From Lepidodermella squamata (Eukaryota; Animalia; Gastrotricha), in NCBI GenBank assembly GCA_047495785.1, contig JBLDXI010000001.1, positions 1,488,001 through 1,552,000 on the forward strand: DNA of 64,000 nucleotides. Reading direction: 5' to 3'. The position numbers were made by a program, and so were the translations under genes. Below are positions 10,314-22,385 of the stretch, in pieces (the first letter of the stretch is position 1; each line of letters starts with the position of its first letter). The notes below the pieces were generated by a model, which worked only from the letters and a program-made list of their open reading frames with translations, ran no database searches and was not told where the DNA came from.

Positions 10314-13300
10314 TCAAGAAAGAGGAGGGAACATCGGTTTTCCGGCTTCGGCTTTACTACTGGACGTGGATTTCTGCGGTTGCGTAGGGGCATCGACGCT
10401 AGAAGACGCGCCAGAATCGGTTCGGTTTGTGCTTTGATGGTGCGGGTGTTTTTGATGCTTCTTACGAGACGCGCTCTCTGCTAACGCTCGATTGAGATAC
10501 GCTTCGACAAACTCCTTTATTTTCTCCTCATTTATGTGCCTTGGCTTCTTTGCGAAAATCTATAAATAAATCATTAGAATTATAAAAAAAAATCCAGCTA
10601 AATAATTTTCCACAAACCTTAGTCACACATTTTTTCATCACTTCCTTATATCCCTCCTTGTCGAGTTTACCGCTGACGTATGATGGTTTTACGATTTTCT
10701 TTACGCACTCCTCGATCTCGGTCAGCAATTGCTTGCCGGCTTTTTTCGCCTGTTTATTCGCCAAATCGACGGCGGAGACCGGAACATCGTCACTGCTGTT
10801 GCTTGTGCTGAGAAGCGAATTCTCGTCCATTACCGCTTCAGCTTTGGCAGAGCTGCTTTGATGGTTCTTATTGCTGGGCGGGGGTGGAGGCGGCGGGGCC
10901 GAATGGTGGTGGTGGTGCTTCGATTTCTCCGAAGATTTACCCTTCGACGGCGGAGGTGGGGGCGGTGGGCCGGGCTGCTGTTTCTTGTTGATAATCGCCC
11001 CTAACGCGGCTAGACTTTGCAAAATCGACTGTGGCGTCGGTTGCGAGGTCGGCTGAGAAGAGTGCGAATGGGATCGCTCGGCCTTAGGCGGCGGCGGAGG
11101 GGCCGGCGGCATCGGCGGGGCGGGTAGATGATGATGTTGGTGGTGATGGCGGCTATTGACAGCGGGTTGCTGCGGGCCCCAGTGAGCATTCATCTCGGCA
11201 CCAGGTATAGGCGGCGGCGGGAAAGCAACGTTAACCGGGAAACCGGGCGCCGGGGGTTGAGGCGGCATAGGACCGCCGGGCAGCATTGGCCAACCAGGCG
11301 GAGGTCCGGCGAACAACTCCGGCGCTAGATGAGGTGGGTGGTGAGGCGGGGGTGGGGGCGGCGGCTGGTGATGGGCCGCTAGCAATTGTTGCGCCTGTTG
11401 TTCAATCTCCTGCGGCAAAAATTGCATGAAATTCGCACCGGGTTGTTGCGCGAGAATTTGTTGAAGATTCTGCAACTGCGCCGGTGGAGGTGGGGGAGGA
11501 GGGGGAGGAGGGTATTGAGCAGGAGGCGGCGGCACGTTCTGCTCACTACCGCCAGCCGCTTGTTGCTGCTGATTTTGACTGCGAAGCGCGTTCATTTTCG
11601 CGTCAACTTCGGCTGAAAGCAACGCGAACGGGTCGCGGCGAGCGGTCGGCGATTGTAGCGATGAGTCTTCCCTACCCGAATCTTTGCCCTTCTTCCGATC
11701 CGAGCTTGAACTCGAGTTTAAACCCCGGTCGGTCCGGCCTGGGTCGCGGCGAGGATCAGCCCGCGCTTTCCTAGGCGGTGATTTGCGAGACGGCGATGGA
11801 GATTTGCGATCACGGCGCTCTCGGCTTCGGTCATTCTTCGACCGGTCTCGATCCCTGTCTTGTTTTGAACGTGACCTAGATCTAGAGCGGGACCGCGACC
11901 GAGACCGGCGGCTGTTCTTCCGAGCAGGCGAGGGTGGCCCAGGTGGCCTTCTCGATCGACTAGCCGAACCGGAGGACCGATTTCGATTCGACCGGGATCG
12001 AGATCCAGAGGGTGATCGAGATTTTGATCGACGTCTCGGCGAGTGCTTTTGCTTATTCGCTTTCTCTGGCTGCTTCTCCTTTTCCTTTTCCTTTTCCTTC
12101 TCTTTCTCTTTTTCTTTTTCCTTCTCCTTCGGCTTATCTTTAGGAGGAGGATCATCGTGCCTGGACTTGTGCTTCGATGCGGATGAGTGGTGGCGTCGAT
12201 CACGTGATGGCGATGGCGAGCGAGATTCACGACGCCGGTGTTTATTTGGCTTAGAGTCGCGCTCTTTATCGCCGCTACTAGAAGCCCCAGATGGCTTCGA
12301 GACCACCTTCGTTATAACTGATTCGATGATCGGCGAAACACCGGGTGGCAGCGTGCTATGCGACGATCCGTCATGAGACGGAGAATGGCGACGTTTTTTC
12401 TGACTACCACCGCCATTATTCTTTGAGTTATCCTCGCGAATGACCAAGTCTTCCTCCGGCTCGGAGTTATCCACCTTAAAGATATCAGCCGGTTTCTTAT
12501 TGCTAGACTTCGATTTATCTGATTTTGATTTCGATGGAGAGTGATCAGGCAACCCGTTTTCCGGCCCACCCGAACTGCCATGGTTATCACCAGACCCAGC
12601 ACCGCCGCCTGTCAGTTCCTGAGGCGACATGGTCATAGAAATGCCATCCGAGTCCTCGGAGGTTGGGTGGAATGGGTCGTACATCTCGTTAGTCGCACCG
12701 CCGGCTGAAGTTGACCCAGCTGTGGTTGGGCCGCTCGCCCCTGCCGAGCTGACCCCGCATGTCACAATGTTTACTCGACGAGGCGGTGACACTGAAGGGA
12801 CATTGCTGGGCGGGCTCGAAATCGAGGGTAAACGAGGTAGACGCGATGCAGCTGCAGCTCGATCTTGCTCCTGCGTGATTCGGCCATCGCGGGCGATGTG
12901 TAGCTTCGAGGCGGGTAAATGAAGAAAGGCCTGGCTTTCGATGAGTCCGGATAGAAAATCTGTTGAGCGGGGTGTGAAGGAAGGAGGAGGCGGCTGCACA
13001 ACCACAGGGGCCGGGATGATATCTTCGTCGTCGAAACTGACAAATAACAAATTAAAAAAATCAAACTTAAAATCTTTCCAAGCTTACCTTGGACCGTGGT
13101 AGTCACTGCCGAAAATTGAAAGCTCAGCTGGCTGGAAAATAGCCGCAGCCGGAGCGACGGCACCGGCACCGGCTGAAATTGCCACGCGGCCTGTGCTCCG
13201 CAACGGCCCGCTCAGAGGTTGAGGTAGCTTGATTACAGGCATCTCGCGGCCAGGTAACACCCTGATGATGCCAAGTCTCGCGATTAAACGCGCCCGTGAC

Positions 13301-14418
13301 GCAGCCGCAGCGGCTGCCGATGATTCGGGCGGTTGGTTTTGACTAGATGAGGCCGCTCGACGCGCGGCTAACGTGCGACACCGCGTTGCCCGTCGCCGAA
13401 CAACGCGCCGTTTTTTCGTCTTCCGTTTCTTGGTCTTGCGACCACGGCGACGGGTAACGGCTGGGGCTCGAGTAGCCGTGACCAGTGGTAATGAATACAC
13501 CGCCCCGTTATCTGATTCACTCTGGTCATCGTCATTAGCAGCCTCCTCCTCGTCGTCAGTTATGCCAACCAATCCTAACAACCGACTGACTTGTTGGGCA
13601 ATATCTCGAATTTGACGCCGTTCTGCCGCTCCAAACGCCGATGACCCCCTGACACGAGGCCCACCCCGCCGCTGTAAACGGCGACGTCTAGTTGCAGCGC
13701 TTGAGGCCGATGGTAGGGTAGTTCGGCGAACTCTCGAGCTGGTCGAAGGGCCTTCAGCGGTCGAATTCGAGGCGAGTGAGATTTGCGAACCAGTTTCGTC
13801 CGTCAGACCAGGCCGGCAAACCGGGCAAAACCAGTCACCCTCAGGTACGCCGGGTAGGGCCGGTACGAGGCAATGCGTGTGGTAGCCGAGGGAGCACGCA
13901 TCGCAGAGAAGCAGAACAGCCGGGTCGTTCGACTGGCCACACATCTGACAGTAGTCATCGTCGGCATCGTGAAACATGACGGCAGCTTCAGCCGGGGTGA
14001 AAGTAATATTATCGACAACCATATCGCAATCTTCGACCGGGATACGGCGTTCGATTTTCGAGCTAGTCGGAGATTTTCGCATAAAGATGTAATCGAATTT
14101 AAGACGATCCAACGGACAGCGATTCGTGTGCTAGAATTAAATAAATTAAAATCCTCCTTAATTAATCAAAATCTTAATTACCTTCGCCCATTTTTTGATG
14201 CACCTGGAGCAATACATGTGATCACAGCAATCGGGTGAGCCGATGGGGTTGCGCAAATTATCATGGCAAATGGGGCATTTCAGCGCAGTATCGCTTGCCG
14301 CGGAGGTCGGTCTTTCGGTTTCACCAGGTGGCTGATTAACGGTTTCTTCTTCCTTTGAACAGCCACAATGGTCGCTCGGCTCATTCTTTACTGGACTACT
14401 CGACTCGTCCGCCGACAT
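10314..14418 (-). CDS. PHRF1: PHD and RING finger domain-containing protein 1-like; introns 14181-14131, 13087-13037, 10617-10560
   Basis: N-terminal RING (CPIC...CDHMYCSRC..W...CPLDR), PHD (CQMC...LLLCDACSLGYHTHCL...WFCPVC), RS-rich and Pro-rich tracts, C-terminal SRI-like VKPSY...DKEGYKEVMKKCVTKI...KIKEFVEAY. Confidence 0.85.
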
Positions 14419-14547
14419 CGAGAGAAGCGGACAACAGAAACGGTAGCAACACAAATTTAGTAAGACTATATCAAGATTAAAAGGTCAATATATGATAAGC
14501 TAGATTGATATTTAAAAAATAAGGAACAATCGGTTTATTAGACTAGA

Positions 14548-14934
14548 TCAAGATTCGACCTTCGGTAGTTTGGTGTCTTCTTCGAGCAGATAGCGGCTTC
14601 CTTCAACCAAGCGGCCAGTAAAGGGACATTTCACCCGTCCAGCGGAGAAAACCAGACTTTCCACCGCGTGGCTGATATCGCGCCGGGGTCGAGGTGTCGG
14701 CAATTCGCGAACAGTCACATAGTCACCCATTTTCAGCCCGGAACGCACTTCTTGAGAAAGCGGGGCGATTGTGGCGTTGAAAGTGACGTTTTCATCGAAG
14801 TAGCGATTGAGCATTTTATTGAACACCTTGCGCGATGCCATTACTACAGCAGTGTTGTCAGCGGCCGCCAAGCGATAAATACGGCCGAACATCAAATTTG
14901 AAACGCCCACCGCCACTTTATATTTTGCTGACAT
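14548..14934 (-). CDS. MRPS17: Mitochondrial ribosomal protein S17
   Basis: MLNRYFDENVTF...MGDYVTVRELP...ISHAVESLVFSAGRVKCPFTGR resembles metazoan uS17m; ATG at 14934 chosen within the longer ORF. Confidence 0.8.
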   Translation of the reverse strand: MSAKYKVAVGVSNLMFGRIYRLAAADNTAVVMASRKVFNKMLNRYFDENVTFNATIAPLSQEVRSGLKMGDYVTVRELPTPRPRRDISHAVESLVFSAGRVKCPFTGRLVEGSRYLLEEDTKLPKVES

Positions 14935-15018
14935 GATAGATAATAACCCTATGCGAAAAAGATAAGGAAAGCTTAAAACACGAACTAAGCGTAATGTGAA
15001 AGAAGGGCATAATAAAGA

Positions 15019-16572
15019 ATGTCCGACGACAGAGTAGAGGGCATCAAGGCAGATGTACCGACTACGGAATACCGAGCAAGTCCTATAAGATGGTATATTT
15101 TGGTAGTTCACGCTCTAGTTGGCATCGGCCAATGTATAGTTTACGCAACATGGGGCCCGATTGCGATATCCGCGGAAAAAGCTTTCGGCTTGACACAAAC
15201 AGACTTCGGTGAGTTGAAATTCAGAGCCTCCCTAAAATGCTAATTGCTTTTTATCAAGCCCTCCTGCCTAACTGGTATAATATATCGTACTTCATCTCAA
15301 TATTTCCATTCATGTGGATGTGTCAAAACACCGGATTTCGATCTGCTGAGTTATTAACAGCTCTACTCACCGCGGCTGGGTCATCAATTCGCTGCCTTAA
15401 TTTCGGGGCGAATCCTGATCAATATCGCTACATCATTCACCTGGGCCATTTTATCAACGGCCTGGCTAGTCCACTCCCGTGGATGGGTTGCACATACATC
15501 AGCGCGCTATGGTTTCCACCTAATGAGCGTGCTTTAGCAACATCTCTCGGCCTCGCAGCTAGCGGTATTGGAACCGCCCTCGCTAGTGTTGTCGGACCTA
15601 TGTTCATCGACATTCTCGCGCCGTCAGGCGAAGTCGATGATTTGTACGCCGCTATTCGAAGTCTCTTATATTTCGAAGCTTTGTACAGCCAGGCAGTGTT
15701 AGTGTTGGTTATTTGGTACTTCCCGTCCCGGCCACACACCCCGCCGTCTTTCACAGCTAGCACTGACCGCACCCCGTTTTTCCAGGGTCTACGAGATTTA
15801 CTTAGGAGTGGTCAAACTTGGATTATGCTCGGCGTCTATGCCGTATCAAGTTCTGTCTACGCATCATGGCAGCAAATTCTAACGATTTTTGTCTCTTCGG
15901 AAATGGAAGAAATTGAAGCTGGATGGCTAGGGTTCACTATTCAGATCCTAGGAATAGTCTCAGGCCCAGCTCTTTCCGCAACTTCGTCTTTTTGGATCGA
16001 GAAACACTCGAAACTCGTTTGCATCTGCTTCATGGCGGTAGGAAGCGCGTCGGTTCTAACTATCGCAGTTGCAGCCTTCTTAATCCCCAGCATATTTTCG
16101 AAGGTACTCATCTGGATAACTATGGTATTGAGTGGAATAACCATAACAGCCGCCCAGCCTATTTGGTGGGAGATGTCTTGCGATGCTGCTTATCCTGTCG
16201 CGGAGAGTGTGGTCTCCGGAGTTTTTACGTGAGTTCGCTACTTAATCGGAGATTTTATGCAAAAAAAACATTTTTTTCAGCCTGGGGAGTTGCATTGTAT
16301 CGTGGATCTTCTTCTTCCTATACATGTTCCCTGAATTGGGAACCGACTGGGCAACATGGGCGTTTTTCGCCGCAGAATTCATCTGCATACCGGCCTTATT
16401 ATTTTACAAACCATCGAGCAAAAGGAAAGAATTGGATGACCAAGTTGCGAAAGAGCAAACAGAGGTCATTTCGCTGCGACGACATACCGAGTCAATAGGG
16501 CATGTTTTTCCTATCGAGCCGCCCAAAGCATGGATAGAACATAACGAAATTGTGCTCACTACCCGCCTATGA
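15019..16572 (+). CDS. SLC49A4/DIRC2-like MFS transporter, paralog 1; introns 15209-15258, 16229-16280
   Basis: RWYIL, TWGPI, LLPNW, WFPPNERALAT, FPSRPHTPPSFTA, E.SCDAAYPVAES. Confidence 0.9.
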
Positions 16573-16700
16573 AGTTTTTACATGATAAGATAAGCCGATT
16601 AAATAAAGCAGATAGTTATCGGTGAAGAGGAAGCGCTGCGTGTTAATAGGGCATTATTAGCTAGACGAAGAGCAGAGATATTTTTGTGTTTTGTCTACGA

Positions 16701-18203
16701 ATGAGCGATCCCGCTATTGAACAGCGAGACAGCAAAGCGGAATTCAAAACTTACTGGACACGATGGTACATTCTCGCGTTGTATACGATGGTCGGTCTCG
16801 GCCAGAATATGATTTACAGCACATGGGGTTCGATAGCCGAGGCTAGCGAAACGGCCATGCATTTCACGCAAACTGACATTGGGCTCTTGCCCAACTGGTA
16901 CAATATTTCGTACTTCATCTCCATTCTCCCGTTCATGTGGCTCATCGTAAAACGAGGCCTACGCCCGGCTGTTCTAGCTACGGCCTCTTTTACAGCAATC
17001 GGCGCTTCAATCCGCTGTTTGAGCCTGGGAGACCCAGAAAAGGACCGAATTCTTATCCACATTGGTCAAATGATCAACGGTCTAGCATCACCGATACCTT
17101 GGTTCGGTGGCACTCATATTTCAGGCACTAATCCTTACTTGAAAAAATCCCCACCTTAATATTTTTCCACGTTTACAGCTGTCTGGTTTCCACCAAATGA
17201 ACGATCTCTAGCAACCTCAATTGGTTTGGCCTCTGGAAGCTGGGGAGTAGCCGCTAGTTTCCTCGTTGGGCCGTATTTCATCGAATGGTTTGCTCCTGCA
17301 ACCAATGGCATACCAGCTGAGCCAGAAGTGGTTAGAGAAGCGATCCGAAAACTACTGTATTTCGAAGCCTTCTACGCCCTGCTCTTCCTGCTATTGACGA
17401 TTCTGTTTTTCCCATCGAAACCGCCGACTCAACCATCTTATACTGCAGGGGTAGAAAGAGAACCTTTCTTCAAGAGCATGAAAAGTTTACTGACTAATGT
17501 GCAAGCATGGATATTGCTTAGCGTCTACGCGATTTCTTCCGCCGTTTATTCAAGCTGGACTCAAATTTTGTCCCTGTTTGTTTCGCCAATTATGGGTGAT
17601 ATTGAGGCGGGTTGGTTAGGGTTCTCCATCACCATTGTGTCTATTATTGCCGGCCCCGTCCTTTCTCTAACTAGCCGATGGTGGATGGAAAAACATTCGA
17701 AGCTAGTTTGCGTAATCTTAATGATTGTCGGAAATATATTTTTGGCTATGATGGTCCTATCAGCATTGTTTTTCACGAATTTTTTCACCCGAGCCCAAGT
17801 TTGGCTCACCTTGAATATGTCCCAGGCTCTTCTACTGGGGGCTCAGCCTATCTGGTGGGAAATGTCATGCGAAGCCGCCTATCCAGTCCCCGAGTCAGTC
17901 GTTTCTGGAATTTTTACGCTGGCAAGCTGTTTCATTTCGTGGATATTCTTTTTCCTCTACATGTTCCCGCAACTTGGAACAGAATGGTCAACTTGGGTGT
18001 TGCTTATATCTGAAATCATTTGCTTACCAGTACTTCTGATATACAAGCCCAACTCCGCGCGTTCAGCTGAAGACAAAGCGGCGCTAGAAACCGAAGGTGG
18101 CGATACGGAAGAGAGGCAATTATGGCGAGAAGATATGATGAATAAAGCAAGCTATCAGAGCCTAGTGAAGCGCCAAGAAATACTGTCGTCCTACATTTCT
18201 TGA
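16701..18203 (+). CDS. SLC49A4/DIRC2-like MFS transporter, paralog 2; single inferred GC-AG intron 17125-17178
   Basis: Same motifs as paralog 1; splice restores HISAVWFPPNER, colinear with paralog 1. Confidence 0.88.
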
Positions 18204-18353
18204 TAACCTGATTTTTTGCAGTTATCTTGCTAATAAAACTAACAGTACTGGAAAAGCCCATTGTTATAATGATTGTTTACCTAAGATGGTACGTAGATAA
18301 GCATTCGCGTACCAAAATAGCTTGCAGAGCATTACCACATTTCTCAGGAAAAA

Positions 18354-19853
18354 ATGCCAGCTCCAGTCTTTAAGGTCTACAGAGTTCGATGGTATATTTT
18401 AACTTTATACACGCTAGTCACCTTCAGTCAAAGCATGATCTACGGAACCTGGGGGCCATTATCGATCTCAGCTGAGAAGGCCTACGAATTCGGACAAGCG
18501 GATTTGGCCCTACTGCCTAATTGGTACAATATAGGCTATTTCATCAGCCTGTTTCCATTCATGTGGCTTGTGCAAGAGAAAGGCATGAGAATCTCCGTAC
18601 TGCTAACTATCATGCTGATAACTGCAGGCGCAGGCATAAGGTGCCTTAGCTTTTCGTCAAATAGTCTCGACAGAGGTTTGGTACACTTAGGACAACTACT
18701 GAACGGCCTTGCCTCACCTGTGACGTGGTTTGCATGTACTGAGCTGTCAGAAATTTGGTTTCCACCCGATGAACGGCCAAAAGCAACGTCGCTATCAATG
18801 TCTATTAGTGCTATTGCATCGATTGTATCATTCGTCGGGCCAACGTTCATCTCGATCTACAACCCGGAGACGCCTCAGGAAATCAAATTGGCGATCCGAA
18901 AATTCCTTTACATAGAATTCATTTTCACATCGGTTGTCCTGGTACTGGTCATTTACTATTTTCCAGCGCATCCCGAAAGTCCGCCCTCCTATTCAGCAAC
19001 AGTGAAGAGACACACTATCGTTCGGGGTCTCAAAGAAATGTGGAATATCAGCCAGGCATGGGTGATGGTCACCGTATACGCTGTTTCGACGTCAGTTTAC
19101 TTGTCCTGGGATCAAATAATGGCGAAATTCGTCGAACCAGTAATGAGTGAAGAAGAAGCAGGTAGATGAATTAATTATCAGATGGCAACCTATTAATGCT
19201 ATTGTTGCAGGCTGGGTAGGGGTTGTAGGCGTCATAGTCTCGATTTTATCTGGTCCGGCGCTTTCGTTGACAGCCCGATGGTGGATAGATAAACATTCCA
19301 AGCTGGTTTGTGCCTTGCTAATGATTATTGGATGCGTTTGTATCGGCATCTTGACGCTGGCGGCTACATTCTTCAAAAATATCTTTACTCGAGTGACGAT
19401 ATGGTCCACATTGACAATTTCCTCAATCGTTATATCGGCACCGCAAGGAATATGGTAAAACATTAAACTTACTATTTAAAATTGATGGTTAATGACACCT
19501 CATGGAAAGGTGGGAGCTGTCTTGCGATGCAGCTTACCCCATTTCAGAGTCAACAGTATCCGGAGTCTCAAGGTTAGCTCAATTTCTCCTCGAAGCTTGC
19601 TAACATTTTCAATAACTAATTTAGCTTGCTAAGCTGCGTTGGCTCGATGATATTTTTCGTGCTATATATGTTCCCACAACTTGGAAACGACTGGCCGACA
19701 TGGACATTACTGATTTCAGAGGTGATATGTATACCAGCGTTACTCCTTTACAAAGTATCATCGACAAGAACTTTGGATGACATGGCTCATGAGGTCGTAC
19801 CAGTAAATGATTCATCTCCAAATGTCGAGGAAACTCGAGAGACAGCATTGTGA
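18354..19853 (+). CDS. SLC49A4/DIRC2-like MFS transporter, paralog 3; introns 19162-19210, 19455-19509, 19573-19624
   Basis: Same motifs; in-frame GT-AG splices. Confidence 0.88.
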
Positions 19854-21159
19854 GAATAAAAAAGACATTTGAAAGACTTCATAATGTTATAGCGGAACGC
19901 TCAAGACAAGTAGGTTAGTTCGAAGTAGAGAGTAGATTGCAGTATAAAATTAAAGTATGTGCTCTTCGTGCCATTGCCCACTGCGGTGATTGTCTAGTAC
20001 AGTGATAGGTAGTAAAATATTGTTTGGCCCGGCGAAAGACAGTAACTTTCATCAGCTTTCATCTTCAGTAACCTGAAGAATGAAGACGAAATTGCTCCTA
20101 AAACAGACATAGCCAAGTCAACATATCGGAAAATTCACGAAAGAACCAGTCAGTCAACAAATTGACTAGAGTAAGATAATTTGGGACAACGAGAAATAAG
20201 GGAGGTCCGTAGGAACATATAATGTATAGTAATGGCTAAACCAATCGATTGAGTATTGAGTGTAATATTAGATAGTGGCCAATCTTCTGCTGTATCTCTT
20301 TAATAAAAATTGAGAATTAAAAACTAAAACTGGAGTCAGCAGAATGATACATGAAAGAAATAAAAGGCATGAGAAAAGTAAGTGTTCGAGACAATGAATA
20401 GTATGTTACTAATTACAAAGCGTGGTCAAAGACCATTTTAGATCTGTCGCCTTTTGGATTAACGGTTAATGATGTCTATCATTTGCTAGGCGGTCTACCG
20501 AACAGGAAGTGCCAAGTGGTTTACTGAATGGCGTCAAGGCGTAAGTATCCGACGAAAAAAGCGCTCTCAAAGCCTGATCCGCGCCGGAAAAAAAAGATAA
20601 CCAACGCCTCCCATTATTCAACTTTTTAATTTAATCAATAAATAGACCAATAGATGTCGATACTCCTTCAATAAAATAAAACTAAGTATTTTTTATTATA
20701 ATTTTTTTGAATGACCTTGACACCTAAGCATGCGATTTGCTGCGATTGCACCAGAATCCGCAAGAGGGTCAGCCCTTTCAGCTCCGTCTGATGCCAGCCA
20801 AGTGCCCAAGTGCCAAAGAAAGCTGGCTGTCTAGCGGCTGGGCTTAGCTGCTAGTGAGCAGTTGGTAGTAGTTGATAGTAGTTGTAAGTTAACCGCGCAC
20901 ATCAGTTCGATTTTTGTGGATTCGGGATTGGTGAGCTGAATGGTGGATCCATCATTAATCGTTATAACTACACAGAACCAGTCGGAATAACGTCAGACGT
21001 CTGTATTCTATATAATGTCTGTTCGTTTCTTTTTTCTCGTTAAATGGCTAAACAAAACTTGAATTCCGGGCGCTCATAACTCATAACTTATTGCATTCGC
21101 TTGAGTGCGTGCAGATGAAATCTGATGGCATTTTGCTTTTCTTTTGGTAGAACGAGCTA

Positions 21160-22245
21160 ATGATCGCAAGAAGTTTTTTATTCATTGTTTTTTTTATAAC
21201 CCTATGCCGCGTCGCTTTCGCCGCTATACCTATTGTGCCAGTGTTTGGAGGAGCTCTTGCTCTCGCCAGTGCTGTTTATATGGGTGTAAAATGTAAGATT
21301 GACGAATGCTGCGACGCTAACTGGATCAGATGTGGTGAGGCTCCCAAGCTGTTGCATGAAGCGTTCGATTCAAAATTCTACGGCCAGCATATTGCTGCCA
21401 GGTCACTTCAGTCGGCTATTGAAGGATATTGCTCTAGGGACAAGATCAAATCTGCCAGCCCGTGGAAAGCTGTTGTATTATCATTGCATGGCCCAACTGG
21501 GGTTGGCAAATCATGGGTTTCTCATTTGATTGCTGAAAGCTTATTCAAGAAAGGGATGAAAAGCAGCTACGTTCATTACTTTGATTTGGCTACTGATCTT
21601 CGCACAGAATTCGAACAGGTTCAGCTTCACAATTGGATTCTCGGCAATGCTTCCCTATGTCCTAATCAACTGTTTATTTTTAACGAAATTGACAAAGCTG
21701 ATGTTATGTTTGCCTCGACCGTCGATAAGCTGCATAAATTTTTTGATTACGGTGCTCAAGATCACGGAATCGATTTGACTAAATTAATTGTTATTTTTAT
21801 TGGAAATCTCGGGACCCATTCGTTGGTCGAGGATGTTACTGAGAGGTACCGTTTGGGACAAAATCGCGATGCTATTCCAGCGCGGGAGCTGGAACTACTA
21901 CTTGAACGCGCTGCGTTTGATCAGAAAGCTGGCTTGTTTAGATCTGAAATTGTTAAACGCAAGCTTATAGATGCATTCGTTCCATTCTTACCATTGGAGA
22001 AACGTCACGTTGAACAGTGTGTTCAAGCTGAACTCAATGCGCGCTTTCAGGTTATTGGTGAAGATGGCGTTGCAAGATTAGTCAAAAAGCTGACTCCAGC
22101 TGAGGAGGAGAAATTGATTAGCTCTATTGTCGATCAGCTGGAATTCGAACCTTCTAACGAAGACGAAGGTGAACAATTTTTCGCGATCACAGGTTGCAAA
22201 GAGGTTCAACGACTGGTTCAAAAGGCAACTTATGACATGAATTAA
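21160..22245 (+). CDS. Torsin-family AAA+ ATPase, intronless
   Basis: Signal peptide plus hydrophobic segment, ECC..WI, YGQH, LSLHGPTGVGKS (Walker A), FVPFLPLEKRHVEQC, GCK motif. Confidence 0.93.
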   Translation: MIARSFLFIVFFITLCRVAFAAIPIVPVFGGALALASAVYMGVKCKIDECCDANWIRCGEAPKLLHEAFDSKFYGQHIAARSLQSAIEGYCSRDKIKSASPWKAVVLSLHGPTGVGKSWVSHLIAESLFKKGMKSSYVHYFDLATDLRTEFEQVQLHNWILGNASLCPNQLFIFNEIDKADVMFASTVDKLHKFFDYGAQDHGIDLTKLIVIFIGNLGTHSLVEDVTERYRLGQNRDAIPARELELLLERAAFDQKAGLFRSEIVKRKLIDAFVPFLPLEKRHVEQCVQAELNARFQVIGEDGVARLVKKLTPAEEEKLISSIVDQLEFEPSNEDEGEQFFAITGCKEVQRLVQKATYDMN

Positions 22246-22385
22246 CTATGGTCTTTGATATTCTAATTAATGTCTTTCGTCTAAAAACCCTGAAACTATA
22301 ATTTCAACATCGTTTAGTCAATTTATTATAGTAACAGTTTGATAATTCTTCTATTTCTTGGTTAGGTATTTATATTTTGCTAACA

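Noticed and set aside
11684-12376. 230-aa plus-strand ORF with FS/RD repeats
   Set aside because: Antisense shadow of the KE/RS low-complexity region of PHRF1
19860-21100. Purine-skewed intergenic tract and a C/D-snoRNA-like ATGATG...CTGA at about 20469-20527
   Set aside because: No ORF or splice chain; box C imperfect and no terminal stem
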